Positions 62,801-64,000 of a stretch of DNA of 64,000 nt are shown in pieces (within the stretch, counting starts at the first letter, position 1; the number at the start of each line of letters is the position of its first letter). Position numbers and translations under genes: made by a program. The stretch covers positions 915 to 64,914 of the forward strand of contig JBBRYX010000025.1 of assembly GCA_038237225.1 (NCBI GenBank), in the 5' to 3' direction. The notes beneath the pieces are model-generated. The model made no database searches and was not told where the DNA came from. It saw nothing but the letters and a program-made list of their open reading frames with translations. This DNA is from Tepidisphaerales bacterium (GTDB taxonomy: Bacteria; Planctomycetota; Phycisphaerae; Tepidisphaerales; Tepidisphaeraceae).

Positions 62801-64000
62801 AGCCTTGCCGGTGGCAGCCTTTCCGTCGGAACCTTGGACAACAATGGCCATCCCGAACGCTTCAGTTGGACCAGCGGTACATTAGGGATCACGGCCTCTG
62901 ATCTCATCATCACCAACGCCGGGCCTCTCGGCGGCATCGTCAGCCTCGGACCGGCTCAATCGCTGTCCGTGACCCTCAATGAAAACGTCGGCACCTCCGC
63001 GGGAGGAACGCTGGCTCAAACCGGTGGAACCAACAGCATTGGCGGCACTTTAATTGTCGCCAACTCCGTCAGCAGCTTCGGTCTGTACCAACTTCAGAAC
63101 GGAATCGTGGAGGCGTCGAGCCTCATCGTCGGCAGGAGCGGCAGCGGAACTTTTGTCCAGAGCGGTGGAACCTTCACCAAGACCGGCGCCATGACGATTG
63201 GCGCGAACAACGGATCCAGCGGCGTCTACATCCTCTCCGGCGGTGTTCTTAACGATCCCACGATCATCGTCGGCGGCGCGGGAACGACCGGCACGGCAAC
63301 TTTCTCACAGACCGGCGCCAGCACCAACAACGTGGGCTCGTTCATCATCAACAGCAACGGCCGCTATACGCTCAGCGGCGGAGTGCTGAATGCGGGGAGC
63401 ATCACCGCTCAGGGTCCGCTGGAGATCGCGGGCTCTGGCGCAATTCTCAATCTCAGCGGCGCGCTGTCAGGAAGCGGAACCACCAGCGTTGGCGCGGGGG
63501 CGAGCCTGATCGCAGGAAGCGCTCGGCAAAGCAATCTAACGATCGGCGGGCGAGTGACGATCACCGCCCGGACTGGCGGGGCGCCATCCGTGAGTTATCT
63601 CGACGCACTCAACGTGCAAGCGGAGGGAACCCTCGATCTGAACGACAACGATCTCGTCGTGAACAACGGCAACTTCAACATGCTCCAGGCGCTCGTCTTA
63701 GGCGGCTACCGAGTCGAACCAGATTCGTCGGCAACAGGAATCGTCTCCACCACCAGCCAAAGCATCCACGCCGGCACCACGATCCTCGCCCTCTTCGACA
63801 ACGCCCTCGCAGGATTTGCCGACTACCCCTTCGGCAGTGGCAATTCCATTGCCACGGGTGCCATCGCAGGAAAATACACCTACATCGGTGACACCAATTA
63901 CGACGGCCAAGTCAGCGCCCAGGACTACACGGCCATCGACGCCAACATCGGAACGAGCGTCGATCCCGGCATCTCCTGGTTCTACGGCGACACCAACTTC
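59810..64000 (+). CDS. giant secreted protein, 3'-truncated by window end: signal peptide + GH25 muramidase (lysozyme) domain + long PATR-type autotransporter-associated beta-strand repeats
   Basis: Hand-translated. ATG at 59810 gives MFPVARNRFPAHRAVLAAVAAAAPSLAWAQTRVVGVDVSQFQLNMDWSKTYTAGARFAFVRSS..YDDPLFQTNMTDATVAGVLAGAYHFAR (GH25 signature). The frame stays open to position 64000, so the ORF is absent from the ORF track. Downstream repeats GGTIALGSG.., LSGGSITLSAGN.., TGTRTITAGTLSI.. The last visible residues are dockerin-like: GDTNYDGQVSAQDYTAIDANIG. Confidence 0.8.
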   Translation, partial: MFPVARNRFPAHRAVLAAVAAAAPSLAWAQTRVVGVDVSQFQLNMDWSKTYTAGARFAFVRSSRGGLTGSSDSGGTGNTVGQGRYDDPLFQTNMTDATVAGVLAGAYHFARTDLNSTSVPEDEANHFLQQASDRMTAGYLRPVMDIESFWPGLQFSQFPAFRSYLADWIPRFSNTIEAATGVKPIIYSYNSFITDFLTTQTEYSLWSSTVSCNFAAGTPVTGAWAGDWAFWQHGQAKPNAANNACPAITQNAGDFGVEIDLSTGLAKNSIDLNVANGDIEYVKKFKVPSIWLHPIDSNWDTVGNWNGRKPLATDDVVVRSPTLGTGGTIALGSGEVGQSLLFNESYTLSGGSITLSAGNISVAAGKTATLATNLSGIGGFTKTGDGKLVISANTTNTGTRTITAGTLSIDNRTRLAPGGKVVLNGGILQETNASNAGTFIEPTTPIEVGPAGGAVNYTSSGAGLSSIYAGTLTGTGGTTANGGAGTLTKTGPGEFRYQGAGTANSTFQNLIVKEGLFRLGNVFGANFETGFGAVPTATLAGAITLDGGAIGSSWNVTLNGKRGITITPAGGTIDVSSGSITIPSKISGSNPLTVVGTTGVATLGNTGNEIGSLIVNGRVAMSTAQTVGSLSGNASGAISIGSVQILTINQTVDGTYAGSIVNDFSTLEKRGPGVLTLTGNTTIHSLTLNDGTLRLTGGIFHGSGVEYLAYTGSATFVQTGGTHTMDGALNPIYIGLNPDAAGTYRLSGGSLSVTSDIYCGYNGPGLIEQTGGAVSMSPSYSLALGYFQLGAGIYSLSGTGSVSVPSVYLGGSAAGANGTGIMAISGGTFTITDTLKIYNSGSSAVNLSGGTLNVGTLVTSPSPSRVNWTGGKLAVTGASGFAVENTAPLANFTIGAGMSLAVTGGTETVGNLGVGTLTQTGGENGVGSINASRTLVIGASAAGSGRYNLSGGNLIVTGNAYVGGTSGAAGGNGVLSITGGNAVVTGTLKVWNPTGMVSLAGGSLSVGTLDNNGHPERFSWTSGTLGITASDLIITNAGPLGGIVSLGPAQSLSVTLNENVGTSAGGTLAQTGGTNSIGGTLIVANSVSSFGLYQLQNGIVEASSLIVGRSGSGTFVQSGGTFTKTGAMTIGANNGSSGVYILSGGVLNDPTIIVGGAGTTGTATFSQTGASTNNVGSFIINSNGRYTLSGGVLNAGSITAQGPLEIAGSGAILNLSGALSGSGTTSVGAGASLIAGSARQSNLTIGGRVTITARTGGAPSVSYLDALNVQAEGTLDLNDNDLVVNNGNFNMLQALVLGGYRVEPDSSATGIVSTTSQSIHAGTTILALFDNALAGFADYPFGSGNSIATGAIAGKYTYIGDTNYDGQVSAQDYTAIDANIGTSVDPGISWFYGDTNF

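Overview
The window is a 64-kb chromosomal segment from a high-GC (~62%) genome. Several domain families point to the Planctomycetes-Verrucomicrobia-Chlamydiae (PVC) superphylum, most likely Verrucomicrobia- or Planctomycetes-like: a PSCyt1/DUF1549/DUF1553 protein, a membrane-bound-dehydrogenase / HEAT / CxxCH cytochrome giant protein, a PEP-CTERM protein, and PATR-type beta-strand repeat giants. Housekeeping and core genes include clpX, asd, tyrS, trpC, tRNA-Gly(UCC), an RND efflux pair, the prkA-yeaH-spoVR stress operon, an LpxI-like protein, a GH130 glycosidase and an oxidoreductase/isomerase/hydrolase sugar cluster. Accessory genes are interleaved with these: three Uma2 (DUF820) endonuclease paralogs; a RelE/ParE toxin pair right after spoVR; two low-GC mini-ORFs inside the prkA operon; and a low-GC island (35.7-38.6 kb) carrying an IS1-family transposase, a short MT-A70 N6-adenine methyltransferase-like ORF, and a translationally coupled pair consisting of an extended DUF433-type protein and a PIN-like (DUF5615-like) protein. 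Non-coding structure is rich: phased CTCCGTG heptamer arrays bracketing an oxidoreductase gene; a two-unit 36-bp CRISPR-like direct repeat between asd and tyrS; nested palindromic elements; and two short intergenic repeat families. Unusual fusions include amidase_2+EEP, zinc-ribbon+FHA+rhomboid, SAM-MTase+GT2, and a GH25 muramidase fused to a giant repeat protein that runs off the window and is therefore absent from the ORF track. All family assignments are by eye from the translations; no searches were run. Several ORF starts were moved downstream of the ORF-track starts.
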